DNA of 64,000 nt. It comes from Hormiphora californensis (Eukaryota > Animalia > Ctenophora). The notes under the pieces were generated by a model that was not told where the DNA came from, made no database searches, and was given only the letters and a program-made list of their open reading frames with translations. Shown one piece after another: positions 51,801 through 64,000 of the stretch (its first letter is position 1; every line of letters begins with the position of its first letter). The translations under genes and the position numbers were made by a program. The stretch covers positions 6,572,001 through 6,636,000 of the forward strand of contig CM035360.1 of NCBI GenBank assembly GCA_020137815.1, written 5' to 3'.

Positions 51801-54800
51801 TAAACAGTCCATTGTGGTGCCTGAAGATGAGATGGAACAAATTACGTGAGTAGAAATAGGTATATCTCGACTAGACTCTTATCACATGCAAATTAGAATT
51901 AGTACTTACAATCTAGAATCACATAATCTGATAGTATATTCATCACTATTAATTATTGTCACTCAAATCTCTCATATTAGACACTGTTGCAACACCCCCC
52001 CCCCCCCCCCAGGCCGGTGACACTACTGACGGGTCAAGTTGAGGCCATTGTTAGGGGTCTCCAGAAGCAGCTATACGACAAGCACGATAAGAGTAGGGAG
52101 AGTTGTTTTAGTCTCCTTGGTGACCTGGTAACGGTACTACCAGGGTGTTTAGCTCCTTATATGGATACAATCCTGCCTGCAATACACAAGTGTCTCAGGT
52201 TGGTTACCATGGTAATGTTCTGACAGTGTTTTTATAGGTTCTAAGCATCATGAATTCAAGTGTGAAACTGGGAGTTTAGGTTAATTTAATACAAATGATA
52301 GGTTATTACAAAGGTTTTTATTTCACCACAGCACACGGGGAGCTAGTTGTTACATCAAGATTAGCTCTCTTGGGTTCCTTAGTAAGCTAATAAAGTATCA
52401 CGATGCGGCCATCTTCACACCATACATCAAGGAAACTGTATCCTGCGTTATTGGTTCTGTACAGGACACTTTCTACAAGGTATTTACGAATACAGTTTGA
52501 CTTTTTTCGAATACAGTTTAACTTTTTTTTCGAAGTTTGTTTGTAACGATGACTTGTTCCCGCCACAATTCAAACTCTTTCATTTCCACAATCCAGGTGA
52601 TTTCAGAGGCACTGCTAGTGACAGAACAACTTGTATTTGTGATCCCTCACACGGGTGCAGCTCCTGATAGCCCCCTAGTAGCGGAGCTGTGTGTCGCTAT
52701 TTTCAATGCCACCCTGTACCGACTAAAGGAGGCTGACCTGGATCAGGAGGTTAAGGAGCGAGCCATCACGTGCATGTAAGTAGTGGAACGTGGTATACGT
52801 TAAACTGCAGTATGAATATTTAAATTTTTGTTGTCTATTTGATTTGGTTTCCTATACTATTCCTCTTGTACAGTATTGTTGAGTTACCCTGCATAGTGAA
52901 TAATGACTGGTATAACAACTGTTAGGTACTGCTGGTGTTGATAAGTAGATTATATAGCACAGATCATGTAGATAAGTGTGGGAGTTCCCACCTTCCATAA
53001 TTAGCCCATCATCTAGGCAGCAGCTGGACACGCATAACCACATAGTAACTCAGAGTTTATCATAGCAACGCGGCACGTGGCCCTATTTAGATCTGTTTTA
53101 TAATTGTCCCACAACTGACAACTATTTCCGCGTGTTTTGTGTGTGAGATCTTTACTTCTGCTTGAATAGTAGTGGACAAGTTGTTCTCTAGTCTTTTCTG
53201 TTTTGTATCTTTACAAACGTTGGCTCCAGGAAATGTTTACTAGCTCATGAAAAGTTTGATATATTTTCGCATCATCATGAAATAATTTCCAAATTATGGC
53301 TCAGAAAAGTCTCCGATGACTGGCCTGGAAAAATTTCCTCGTGGTTCTTTTGATGCAAAAAAACATAAGTTTGTAAATGAAGATGACCATTGCGTACCCA
53401 CCTGATTTATTATAGGAAAGATGGCAATTTTCAGTGAAGGTGGAACCTCATCCCCTGATTTCCTATTATTCCTGTTTTTCATCCTCGTGCCCTGTTTCTC
53501 CATCTCTCTGAACTGCCTCGTTATCCGGCACAACTACTGGAAACACCCCTCTATTTCCAGAACTCTCTACCTGATACTTGGAACCACTGACCTATTGGCA
53601 TGCCCCATCATATCATACACAATGGCAGCTGGTCTATGGCAACCAAAGGATCCAGATTGTGGCAAAGATGAGATGTCCAAGATTATTTGCGAAGATCAAT
53701 ACTATGCTTTTCGGATAGAAGACGACAATACATTTAATTTCACTTATTCTGTTATTATAGATATTCTAATTGTAGCCCCAATTTATACAACATCTATACT
53801 GGCAACGACTCGATATTTTCAGATCAAAAACCCCTTAACTATTATTCCCCAGACCCGTGTTTTAACAGTTTTAATAGTCTCAATGGTCGCAACGTGTGCC
53901 TTCATAGTTGCAGACATTGTATTATACTATACAGGTACTGGTGGTAAATTAAAATATATGGTTCTCTATCAAAGGACGTATATTGAAGACTCGGTTCTTT
54001 ATCGATATAGTGAAATACCCATGGTATTGGTAACTGGTGTAGGGATAGTTTTCACTATTCTAACTGCTATCCACCTGTTCCAGAGATACCTTAATCCAGT
54101 GGGAGGGGTTCAGCATTCTGCCACTGGTGCTACTCGAGTGCTCATTATGAACTTTTTATCTTTTGTGAATGTGATGTTTCTAGTGGTAGGTAGTATCTGG
54201 GGAAGTACTGATAGTTATGACCCTAGATCTCTGACTCAAGCTATATTTTATTATAATGCATGGGTTGTAATCCCAGCCCTGACCTCATTTGCTAATCCAA
54301 TTGTATATACTGCATTTTCAAAGAATGTACTATCTGTACAGAGAAGTTGAGTGTATAAAGAAGAAGAAAAACTCGTAAAATATTGCTTTTATTAATATAG
54401 AAGTTTAGTTCGCTAATCATGTTAAGTTAGTTGTAGTTGAATTTACATTGCTTTCCCTTTAATCTGGTGTTTATTTCGGAAACGTTTTCCAACCTAAAGT
54501 TCATTAGAGGGGTCTGCAATTAGATTCTATCGAGACACATCATTGTTTTGTCTCTACCTCTGCTGACCCCATACTTTTCAGGGGACATCTTCTGGCAAAC
54601 ATGGCCGATCTCCTACAGTCTCAACTCTCCATCGCACTACCTCTCTTCTTGGATCGGCTACGGAACGAAATAACCCGTCTCACAACTGTGAAGGCGCTCA
54701 ACGTTATCGCCAAGTAAAGTTACAGTTTCTTGTTCGGTGCGCGCGGACCATATCACTATGTGAAAAGTTTCCCTAAATTCATTGTTAGCATTATGCTCAC

Positions 54801-57800
54801 GCGGCTCATGGTTGCGCGTTACTGTCTGCACGGATTTGTGGGACAGATCTGTTTTGGTCGTCCAGGACCCCAGCCTATCAGATTTACTGAACTGGTATAC
54901 CTCCTTACAGATCTAACTCTGGGGTGAGTTTAAAGTTGATTATGGGTGAGGCGCTGCCTCTACTCGGAACCTTCCTAAGGAAAACTAATAGAGCACTGAA
55001 ACTGTCAACATTGGAATTGCTGGATAACCTAATTGTGAACTACAGTGAGTGTGTTTCTAGAGGGTTGTAATTTGAACAAAACTAATGAGTTGTCCATTCA
55101 CCCCTTTAATATTCCTCCTCTCCAACCCCTAAGGAAGACTCCCTGTAACACAACATCTCCCCTCCCTGACTCCCCTATGGCCCACTATAAAACTACACCC
55201 CCCAATCAGCACAAGACATAACCGTGTCAATGGTGAACGAACTGGTGGATGAACTGCCCCGTCTCATCAGTGAGTCAGACACACATGTCTCACAACTCGC
55301 CCTTCTACTCGTATCACGTCTATCCGAGACGATGCCCCACTGTACTGATAAGATACCTAATGGAGTCTTACCGGCCGCTCTGACTCTTGTGAGGAGTCCT
55401 CTTACTTCAGGGCAAGGCACTGCATGTTATGGCTGGGTTCTTTTGTAGTCTAACACGGTCAGGAAACCTCAGTGAGTATAACATGACTGTGGAACTTTTA
55501 GTTGCCGTATTGAATAGATTTTAGGGACAACTTATATTTTGTAGTGATTTGACAATCAGTTAATATCGTGATAATATTTCAGATTTACAGTTTGTCGAGC
55601 TGGTACAACATCTAACGAACCCAGTTTATAATCCTTCACCCGCTACACAGCCTGCTAACTCCCCTCTGGCTGTCCATAAACAAGCCTTCTACAGTACCTC
55701 ACATTGTGTTGCCGCTCTCGCCCTCACTTCTGCTAGTAGCACAGGTAGAAAGGGTTATAACTGGAATCGGGGAAGCATAGACTTGCTCAATAGTAAAATG
55801 CTTGTCTTGGTAACAGTCTGTATTTTATCGATGACTCTATTCCTCAGAATACCAATCAGTAATAACGAAGTTGATAGACAATTTAAAAAGTGCAGAAACA
55901 ACTGATAGTGTAAGGTTATTCGCTCTACTAACTATCGGGGGAATAGGAAAACACCGGTAAGTTCAAAACTTTCTCAAACTTTCGACATATTAATTTCGAC
56001 ACAAAATACAGTTATATTGCTTCGATAAGTGTATTGCTTCGTTGTGACATCATTTATAATAATTGTTCCCCAGTGATTTGAGTGAGAGGCAGGAGCTTCA
56101 GAGTGTAATAATGGGATCATTTAACAGCACGGCAGAGGATGTCAAATCAGCCGCATCATACGCCCTAGGTTTGTTATGTTCTAACCCTCCGGGCGGGGCA
56201 CGCGAAACAGAGTTTAGTTAAAACCCTAGGTAAAATTGTAGTAATAACTTCTAATTTCTGAACATTTGTGGTAACCTTTCAATGTGTATATCATTAGAAC
56301 TTACTACTTGTACCACCCTATTTCCACTTGTAGTGTTGCTAACAACTAGCACCTGACCCCATGTGTTCCCAGGTAACGTGTGTGTTGGTAATTTGAACCT
56401 GTACCTCCCCTCCATAATAACTGAAATCCAGGATAACCCTAAACGGCAATACCTTCTCCTCAACTCACTGAAGGAGATCATTACCAGCATGAGTGACAGG
56501 GAGGAATCAGTTTCTGTTTTAAAGGTATCGGCAACTACCCTTTCTTTGTCTGCCCAGATTTCCAAATGAAACATTTATACAGCGACAAGCAAAAGTTTCC
56601 ACCTCCCACACAAAACAAAATGTTGCTCACACCCCCCCCCCCCCCCTCAGAACTATGTACCAGAGATGTGGAATGTGCTGTTGAGGTACATGCAGGTATC
56701 TGAGGAGGGAAGTAGGAAGATTGTAGCGGCTTGTCTGGGAAAACTAATGTTAATCGATCATGGGACACTCTTACCTAAATTACTGGTAAATCATTGCAGG
56801 TCATATCTAGTCACCTTTAACCATCTCACCCACCAATCACCATTTGAAGAATACATTAAACGTGTGGCTATATTTACGCATAAATTTACACTTTCACAGA
56901 CCTACAACCCACTGGTCAGCCCTATAACAGAGCCCTACTAACTCCCTGTCTTTTAGGAATACACAACATCAGACCAGCCTTTTGTACGGAGCACAGTGGT
57001 AACTGCCATCAAGTACACTGTAACAGATACACCCCAACCAATCGACCCCCTTCTTAGGCAGTTCCTGGGGCAGTTCTTGTCCCTTCTCAAGGTATGGGTT
57101 GTTAATTGCCCTCTGTTTCACAACTCAAGGTGGATTTTCTGTCGCATAGAAATAGTCAAGTATTATAATTTTATCCCCCTTTTTCTCTCAGGATGAAGAT
57201 TTGAATGTTAGGCGGATGGCTCTGGTGACTCTAAACTGTACTGCCCACAATAAACCAGTCCTAATAAGGGATCATATGGATGAGATCCTGCCTAACCTTT
57301 ACAAAGAAACCACTATCAAGGTAATGCAGTAGTGTCCCTCTACTGTTTGTCAAACTACATGACTGTAACGTCGCGCCCGGTTCGGGAAGTGTCACATTAT
57401 TTATGGGCTGCCCATTATCATGATCATGGTTGTGTATTGTTGATTCTACTCCATTTGTTTTAGCTAAAAAGAGAAGTAGAGATGGGACCTTTTAAATATC
57501 CAGTAGATGACGCACTTGACAACAGAAAAGCTGCATTTGAATGTAAGTACCTTGATTCATGTTAGTACAGATCTGGACATTTGATTCATTGCGTGTGAGG
57601 TCGGAGTCACAAGAAATCGTTTTACATTTGTTTAATTTGAAATTCACTACAAAAGGGAGTGGCAGATAGAAATTGTATATGGGTGGTATAGAGATCCACC
57701 CCACCCATTCTATTTCTATCTGTAGAGATTTGTTCAAGGAGAGAGCGTTATAAAAGTTGAGTGTAGTAATGAAAAGAAAAAAAGAGAGCTTGGTTAGACA

Positions 57801-58158
57801 GAAAAGTTTCAACCCGAGATAAACAAAAAAACCCGTACGCAAAAAAACTGAATAAAAGTTCTAAACACACGCCCAAAAATAACGCAAAAATGTGTAAATG
57901 TCCGACACAAACCAATCAAAATTCGGTATCTTTGAGTAGAAATAAGATTCGATCAATCCGTCCTCCCACCTAAGTTAATATATAAATGTCCTCCCCCTGC
58001 CTCCAACCACGAGCACATGTCTTATCATAAAGTTCAGTATTATCCTCCTTCTTCCTGCAGGTATGTACACAGTGCTACAGAACTGTATAGACAGGGTGAA
58101 CATATTCCAGTTCCTCGACCACGTGGAAATTGGCCTCAAGGACGTCCCTGACATTAAG
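42844..58158 (+). CDS. CAND1: Cullin-associated NEDD8-dissociated protein 1 (TIP120), ~24 exons seen; C-terminal ~100 aa not found in the window
   Basis: [14 protein letters not shown]|[90 protein letters not shown]...[19 protein letters not shown]| ending on a GT donor. A few indels near 51.4-52.5 kb. Confidence 0.96.
43706..44921 (+). mobile_element. 5'-truncated, decayed I-group (R1/LOA/Tad1/I-like) LINE: RNase H end, CCHC finger, long 3' UTR, (AC)n tail
   Basis: [25 protein letters not shown] matches the RNase H ..H..I.GNE.AD.LAK motif; [12 protein letters not shown]...CP (one frameshift); flanked on both sides by ACA(C)n. Confidence 0.72.
45340..46281. repeat. Polypyrimidine (CTCCCCTCCTCT)n array with copies of the downstream CAND1 acceptor; continues at 50317-50690
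   Basis: Direct reading; the array is split by the LINE at 46284-50316. Confidence 0.9.
46284..50316 (+). mobile_element. Near full-length, frameshifted CR1/L2-group LINE (Pro-rich repetitive 5' region, APE endonuclease, RT)
   Basis: APE motifs [35 protein letters not shown]; RT motifs [41 protein letters not shown]; short tandem tail. Confidence 0.9.
53421..54350 (+). CDS. Intronless rhodopsin-class 7TM GPCR nested in CAND1 intron 52776-54581
   Basis: 309-aa ORF with seven hydrophobic segments, TM1 LN, TM2 LGTTDL, TRY in place of DRY, NPIVY. The flanking CAND1 exons join in phase (AT|G). Confidence 0.9.
   Translation: MAIFSEGGTSSPDFLLFLFFILVPCFSISLNCLVIRHNYWKHPSISRTLYLILGTTDLLACPIISYTMAAGLWQPKDPDCGKDEMSKIICEDQYYAFRIEDDNTFNFTYSVIIDILIVAPIYTTSILATTRYFQIKNPLTIIPQTRVLTVLIVSMVATCAFIVADIVLYYTGTGGKLKYMVLYQRTYIEDSVLYRYSEIPMVLVTGVGIVFTILTAIHLFQRYLNPVGGVQHSATGATRVLIMNFLSFVNVMFLVVGSIWGSTDSYDPRSLTQAIFYYNAWVVIPALTSFANPIVYTAFSKNVLSVQRS
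57297..57646 (-). CDS. Two candidate antisense exons (57646-57551, 57463-57297) giving an Ig-like peptide
   Basis: Canonical AG/GT ends, matching phase 1 join, no stops; KTISC...SCSLTNSRG. Not confirmed; see findings. Confidence 0.35.
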
Positions 58159-58403
58159 GTACGGGGGGTTTAGAGGGTTCACCAAGTCGGGGTACTCGGT
58201 GGGGGGGGGTTGCCCGGTATATCGGGGTGAAATACCGGGGATCATCAAGTTGTAAGGTTGAGAAGAGTTATGGAATATTTTTCAAGGGGTAGGCTGGTGG
58301 TGAAACTGTTACCTTTGATATCGTGTTGTCGTTTACTTCTGATAATTCTCTAGCTGCTGTCTTCTTTTCCATTTCTAATCCTCTCAGTCAATTCTTTCCC
58401 AAC

Positions 58404-61400
58404 TTATTCTGAAAAGCTTTCTACCCTCCTCCCGGTAGCCAAAAAAGTGATTTTTGGTTACTGAGAGGAAAGCTACCCAAAACTATCCAAATTTCAAAGC
58501 TCCAAAACATTTGCCCGTGTTTTGGAGATTTTACCCCCCCCCCCAACCCATTCCCAATACTTACTCCACCTATTTTGGTGTTGCAGTACTTACGTTCACC
58601 CACGATAGTCGCCAGATAGTTGTACTGAACATTGCCCCACACCCTGACTTCTGATACTTGAAATGTGACTCCTGATCTTGACACCTTTATAAACAAGACA
58701 TTAGCCTGGTTGCCTTGAAATACTGCTGTTTCTTCCTCTGCTTGGCTCCAGGCTGTCGCTGATAATCCTGAAATACAATTGTTATAAATTTCATTACCCG
58801 AGGTTTTATAGGCTCTCGTTATGTTCTAAGTTCTAACCCTCCTTTACAACATTTGGGGCGCTGTGAGAGAGGGTCGAGCGAGGCACGTAAACACCTCATT
58901 ATGCCCTTACCTTCGATAGTTCCCCACAGTGTAACTGTACCCTCCACACCAATTACATCAACAGTAGCACCGAGAATATTCATATTACCTCTCAACCTAG
59001 GATAAAGTTCAGTTGCTCTTCTGTTTCACAGTATGACCGGGACATATAATCAATATGTACTCATTATACATGAGCAGGGACATGGTTGTTTTGTTCAAAA
59101 CCATTTTATTTGGGGCGGGGAGAGAGGATCGAACAAGGCAGGGAGATAACAATAGATAGAGGTAACAAGGACGTTAACGGCAGTAACCGACTGTTTGACA
59201 TACCCGTTAGTGATTGATATCATTCTCACAGTAGTAACATATCGTAACTGCAGTTGTACCCAATGCTCTACGTCCATGTGGGTATCAAAGTCCAAATCAG
59301 TAAGTTTAGTGATAGGACCATTGTTGGTTGAGGTGTTACCAGCGATGATAGTAGCCTCACTTGCCATACACAATCCAGGCAGCGGGCCCTCTAACTCTGA
59401 AAGGCAGATTAGTGAGAATTTGTTTACCAAAATGTTTGTTAAATTCTTACCTTTTCCATAAGCGAACACCTCAGCGAAATTCATTTCAATTGGATCATTA
59501 ACGGATGTGGGTTTTCTGTCGATTAGCTTGAAACCAGTTCCTATCATCCCGTGGCAGAAAGTGTGGTGATCCGAGGCTATAGTCTCTACAGGAAACACGA
59601 AATTAATCAGCATCTTAAAAATAATGACTAAAAGTTGTCAATCCCAAATAAAATGACCCATAAAGATGATTTTGACTTACCGATGGTTCCACACAGGTAA
59701 ATCTGCTGCTGGTTCATAGTGAGACTCACTTCAGTACCCATGAGCCGCTCCTGTGTGTACTTTTCTATTTATAATAGAAATCTTCGTGACAGACATGCAC
59801 TTTCCAAACTCAAACTTTATCCAGGGAATGCCGGTGGTTCCAGAGTTGTAGAATGTTGCATCGTTTCTGTCTATGCTCATCGAGGGGTCGTATTCTGCTG
59901 AATTAGAATATACACTCTTTGAGTGAGCGTACTGTATCTTTATTTCAAGTCCTGTGGGATAGGGAGAATGGTGTAGGGATTGCAATAATCAAAATGCTCG
60001 AATAGAGTTGCAAAGTTCATAATGATTCTTGTGTTTAAACCCGATTCATCTTCAGGTTTCTAAACCTACCTTCGTCGTTGGTCTTATTTTCTCCGAAGAT
60101 CTTAATTTCTGAGATCCGCACATCTGCTTCAGCCCCTTGTTCAGAGTCGTAAGTAACCCTCACTGCTGTGCTTGGTAGAGATCTGGAGCAATAGAACGGT
60201 ATCGTTGCCTCTTCCTCGTAGTAGTAGGGTCTATGCAGTACACTTTCAAGGGATGCTGAGAGGTGTATTATAAGTGTTAATAGGTGTTCGAATATTCTGG
60301 CTACTATGTGCCATAAATTGCTCAAACGAAGCCTCACAGAGCGCGGTGTGAGCTACACAATGTGACATTACTAATCCATATCCGCTGTTAACTCACTTGT
60401 CACAGTTCCACAGGTCTGCTCAAAATTCCCACTCTTTATCAAAACCTCAATACCAACAGTCCTATCTTTGTAGTACACTTCATGCTCAGTTCCTAGTAAC
60501 ACAGATGAGACATGGAAGTGACCCTGGAAGGTGAACTCAAGCCAGGTATCCGTATTCGGGGTGATTAGTAGAAAAGTGTTGAAGTCGCCATCTCTGGCCT
60601 GGAATGTGTTGCTGGTACTTGTAGATAGGTCAAGTTCGTGGACTGGGTGGGCCGCTGCAGCTGAGAAGGGGAGACAGTTATTGCAGCAGTATTTTGTATG
60701 TGAGTTTTACAATCTAGCTTCTAAATTGGTACAGGCCATGATCAAGAAACAAAGGGGTGTGATCTCTACTTGTTTGTCAAAATAACTATTTCCCTGGTTT
60801 TGCACCTGTTTCTCCGAATATCAGCAACTCAGATATAAGTATTGTATGAATGGAGTCCAGGGAAATCCTGACCACATTTCCAGTAGCACCGTTACTACAT
60901 GTTACTTGACTACTCAGATCCAGGTAGAATTGTGTTCCTGTCTTGCTCGTAGGTCCATTCTGTCGACCCTCCATAGTCTCATCTAGTTAGGGATATGATA
61001 TTGTGGTTTTCTAAGAAAACCCAAAAAGGCAAGAAATGTATCTTAATGCCTTATTGTTAATTACTTACTCCATGATTTAAAGTTACCGCATGCCACTGGA
61101 CTTGATTCTGTCAGACCAGACTGAGTCACAACATCAACTCCTACCTTCTTATTTATACCATCCAGCAAATATTTTTCTGAAACATTTCAAAAGTTAGACA
61201 ATCAGATTTTAAACGGAACTTCTAGTTCTGGGTTTCATCAAGGGTTACGAAATAACCCCTCCAGACCTTCGTGCACTGGCAAGGGAGGGGTAACTTCGTT
61301 ACCAAGGCTCATAGTTACTTTTTGTAGTCAGTGAGTTGATAAGGACGACCCGGTAAATAGTGTAGGTACTGTGAAGGTAAATGTATATCATGGATCCCTC

Positions 61401-63920
61401 TCCCTTGAGCCTCAGGCTGGTTGTTAGTTGTCCATCGATCCCCGCTGTTACACGCTCTACCGCGCTGTACTGGCGATCAGATTTATATCGTGCTAGCATC
61501 GGAGCTATTCTTGTCACTGGAAACATTGTTAAGTATTAAAAACAGGTAAAACAGGTGCTAGATTTAGCTCGAATTAATTGTTAAACTAACCGTTTGTCTC
61601 TCCAATGTTCACTGTCAAAGAATTGATACGACGGTTGTTTCCTAAAGTAATCTGAAACCGATCAACAAGCCCACTGCAGTGGAATGTCCTAGAATCTTTT
61701 GTGCATTTCCCTGTCTGCCATTCCCCTTCAATCAGGGTCTTTATAGTTGGAGGTGGCGGGGTTATTGTTACTTCCACTCCATCAACAGGACCCTCCAGAT
61801 AGAACGTAACTGTCGAATCAGTGAAATACGCAAAGGTGCCAGTCGTATCATCAAAAGCGTACTGCATCGAACTTCCTGGTTGAAGTGCTCCTTCAGTATG
61901 CAACTATCGCTGATCTCTCTGAAAGTAAAATTCATATTTCTCTGGAAGCTAGATATTTGGAATTACTGAGTGGTACTAATTAGAAGATATTAAAATATAT
62001 GGTCTCTTTGAATATTGTAGTGTACAGTTATGGTTATACACTCACTTGTTACATGTATAACGGTTTTGAGTGTTCTCTCCTCCACACTTGTTACTTTACA
62101 GTTGTACTCCGCTAGATCCGCTGGCTCTGTGATCTCCATCACCAGAGTCCAATCATTTTCACGCTGTTCAATGATGACATCTTGTCGAACACCAGCACTG
62201 TCCTCCCAGTATAATAGGTCATCAGGGTAGTTGAAGGAAGGAAAGTTGTTGAGGGAACAATGTAGGAAGACAGGCCAGTCCTTGAAGCATTCAACAGATT
62301 CAGCAGCAGTTACACCTGGAGTAGTACACAGGGTTGTGGAAGAACAATTAACAATAAGATTAAATTGTTACGCGGTGAAACAGGATCGAGCAAGGCAAAA
62401 GAATAAAATCAGTACTACATATTTGTCGGAATATGAACTTACTTGCAACAGAAATAGATTTAGCACTAGTATGTCCCTGTGGAGTATTTCCAGGCAAAAC
62501 ATAGCAATTAAAATGTAGATCCGTATCTTTTTTCCTTGATTGTCGTAAGACAAACTATTCTGGAAGTTGTCCTTAGTACCGGGATCTTCAGTTACGTTGT
62601 TCCAAGTCACTTCATTCCCTGATTGTATAGTAACCCAGACTTGGAATGGTTGAAAGAAGTGGCCGGTAACCGTACATGTTACAGTCAGGGTGTCCTGTGC
62701 CAGGAAGAACCGGGGAGTGGGCGATATGGAGACTGTCAAATCTGAAAATATAATAGGTTTTAGGAAGAGGACTGCCGGTTCGTATTGACAAATGTACTAT
62801 GACCGTTTTATCTGAAAACACATGAGCTGTCATTAGCACTGACCATAAATGGAAACACGAGATGTTTTACGAAGAGGAGTATCATTTGCTCCTGTGACAG
62901 TTGACCGTGCTTCACAGATAAACTCCATTTGTTTAACCACAGAAACATCCAGTATCCTCAGAGTAGAATATGATTCAGTGCTCAGAATCACAGCTTCTGA
63001 TGGTGAGACAGCAGCTCCTCCAGGCATAGTCCAGCTGAAGGTGATGCCATAGTGGTGGGGTTCAGCAGAGCAGTTTAGTGTTTTTGTATTTTCATTAGTT
63101 TCATTTAGCTTGATGCTTCGGTCACTCAGGGTTATGTCTGAAACCATTTGATGTGTTATTGAAGAGCTACAATTAGCATAAATCAAATTGATACAATTAT
63201 TAGTTTTGCATATTTTCCTACCGAATATGTATAGCGTCATAACTTTTTGTTGAGGTTCAGGAGTATCTATTTACGTTAGTTGTGAATCCTTGTTTACAAG
63301 TATATTCCGTGGTGACAGTAGGTGTATTTGTAATACTCAAAGGTTGAAGTCTTGGATCTTATATAAAGCTTCTCTGTTATCCCAGTCTGGATCTGGTTCC
63401 CATTTGAGTACCATTTCTAGGGTAACAATATCAGGAATCGTATAATTGAACAAGGAACATGTCAGGATTGTCTGTGCAGCTCCCTTTCCTATCTCCTTAT
63501 CTCCCGTGGTCCGTATCCATGCTGAAAGTAGGTTCATGTAAGTATGACTAATGAGAAAAGTCTGGCTACAATTTAAACATGTGTTTTTGATGTTTTAGGG
63601 CGGGGTTCAAGTTGAACCACATTGAAGCTAACTGTACCTTTTGTTTTGGTATTTATTTGATACTCTCCAGGGTCCTGTATCGTAGCTGTGTTTTGTGGGG
63701 TCACCACGCATCTGTATGAAGCTGTTTCTGCTAGTTGAAATCCATACAACGTACAGGTCTTTACACCAGTGGAAGAATCAACTGTTGTCTGGTTCAAAGA
63801 CTCTGAACTACCACCCTTCTGCCATGATACTGTTGTATTGGTGCTTATACCGGACACAACGCACGTTGCTGTGGTTGAAGTAGCATACAATTCAACACCT
63901 GAAGTAGTTAGTGATAACTG
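58404..63920 (-). CDS. Large extracellular protein, partial: several Ig-like domains then repeated F5/8C/fucolectin-like domains; starts beyond the right edge
   Basis: Ig exons ATCVVSG..VSW...YRCVV, LNCSA...FSW...FICEA, VTCTVTG..VTW, LYW..AEYNCKV; lectin-like exons SIDRNDATFYNS...PWIKFEFG...ISIINR...TCGTI...EVFAYG. The 3' end is uncertain (splice gives GEQ* at 58404). Confidence 0.75.
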
Positions 63921-64000
63921 GTACGTTCTAACCCTTCTTTACATTTATTTCATGGGCGGGGCGCGCGAAACACAGTCTAGCTAGGCAAGGTAGATAACTG

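Noticed and set aside
51400-52480. Frameshifts/stops in CAND1, and likewise in the RS gene, as pseudogenisation or recoding
   Set aside because: The rest of CAND1 is well conserved with intact splice sites; indel errors are the simpler explanation.
55472-57191. Further antisense open frames of 26-37 codons in CAND1 introns
   Set aside because: Such lengths arise often by chance and I could not link them with consistent splice phases.

Overview
Intron-rich animal genomic DNA, not prokaryotic. Short introns, splice acceptors just upstream of start codons and nested intronic genes suggest a ctenophore-like marine invertebrate (inference, not verified). Genes read by hand with phase-consistent GT-AG splicing: a Src-family kinase (-, runs off the left edge), a secreted five-repeat Cys-rich VWC/pacifastin-like protein (-), a CAP + 3 Sushi protein with a GPI-type tail (-), NF-YA (-), two divergent tRNA-Gly(GCC), an RS/Lys-rich protein (-) and CAND1 (+, C-terminus not found in the window). 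CAND1 hosts an intronless GPCR and apparently a large antisense Ig + F5/8C/fucolectin-like gene. Introns carry six clear non-LTR retrotransposon pieces, several TIR/foldback elements and minisatellites. Most notable: (1) intronic tandem repeats are repeatedly amplified copies of the host's own splice junctions; (2) four LINE insertions sit in these C-rich repeats in one orientation, two at the same nucleotide of the unit; (3) candidate antisense exons interdigitate with CAND1 exons and share an AG|CT boundary. The assembly appears to have indel errors (frameshifts in CAND1 and the RS gene; 27.3-29.2 kb is homopolymer-noisy), so frameshifts are not read as pseudogenes.
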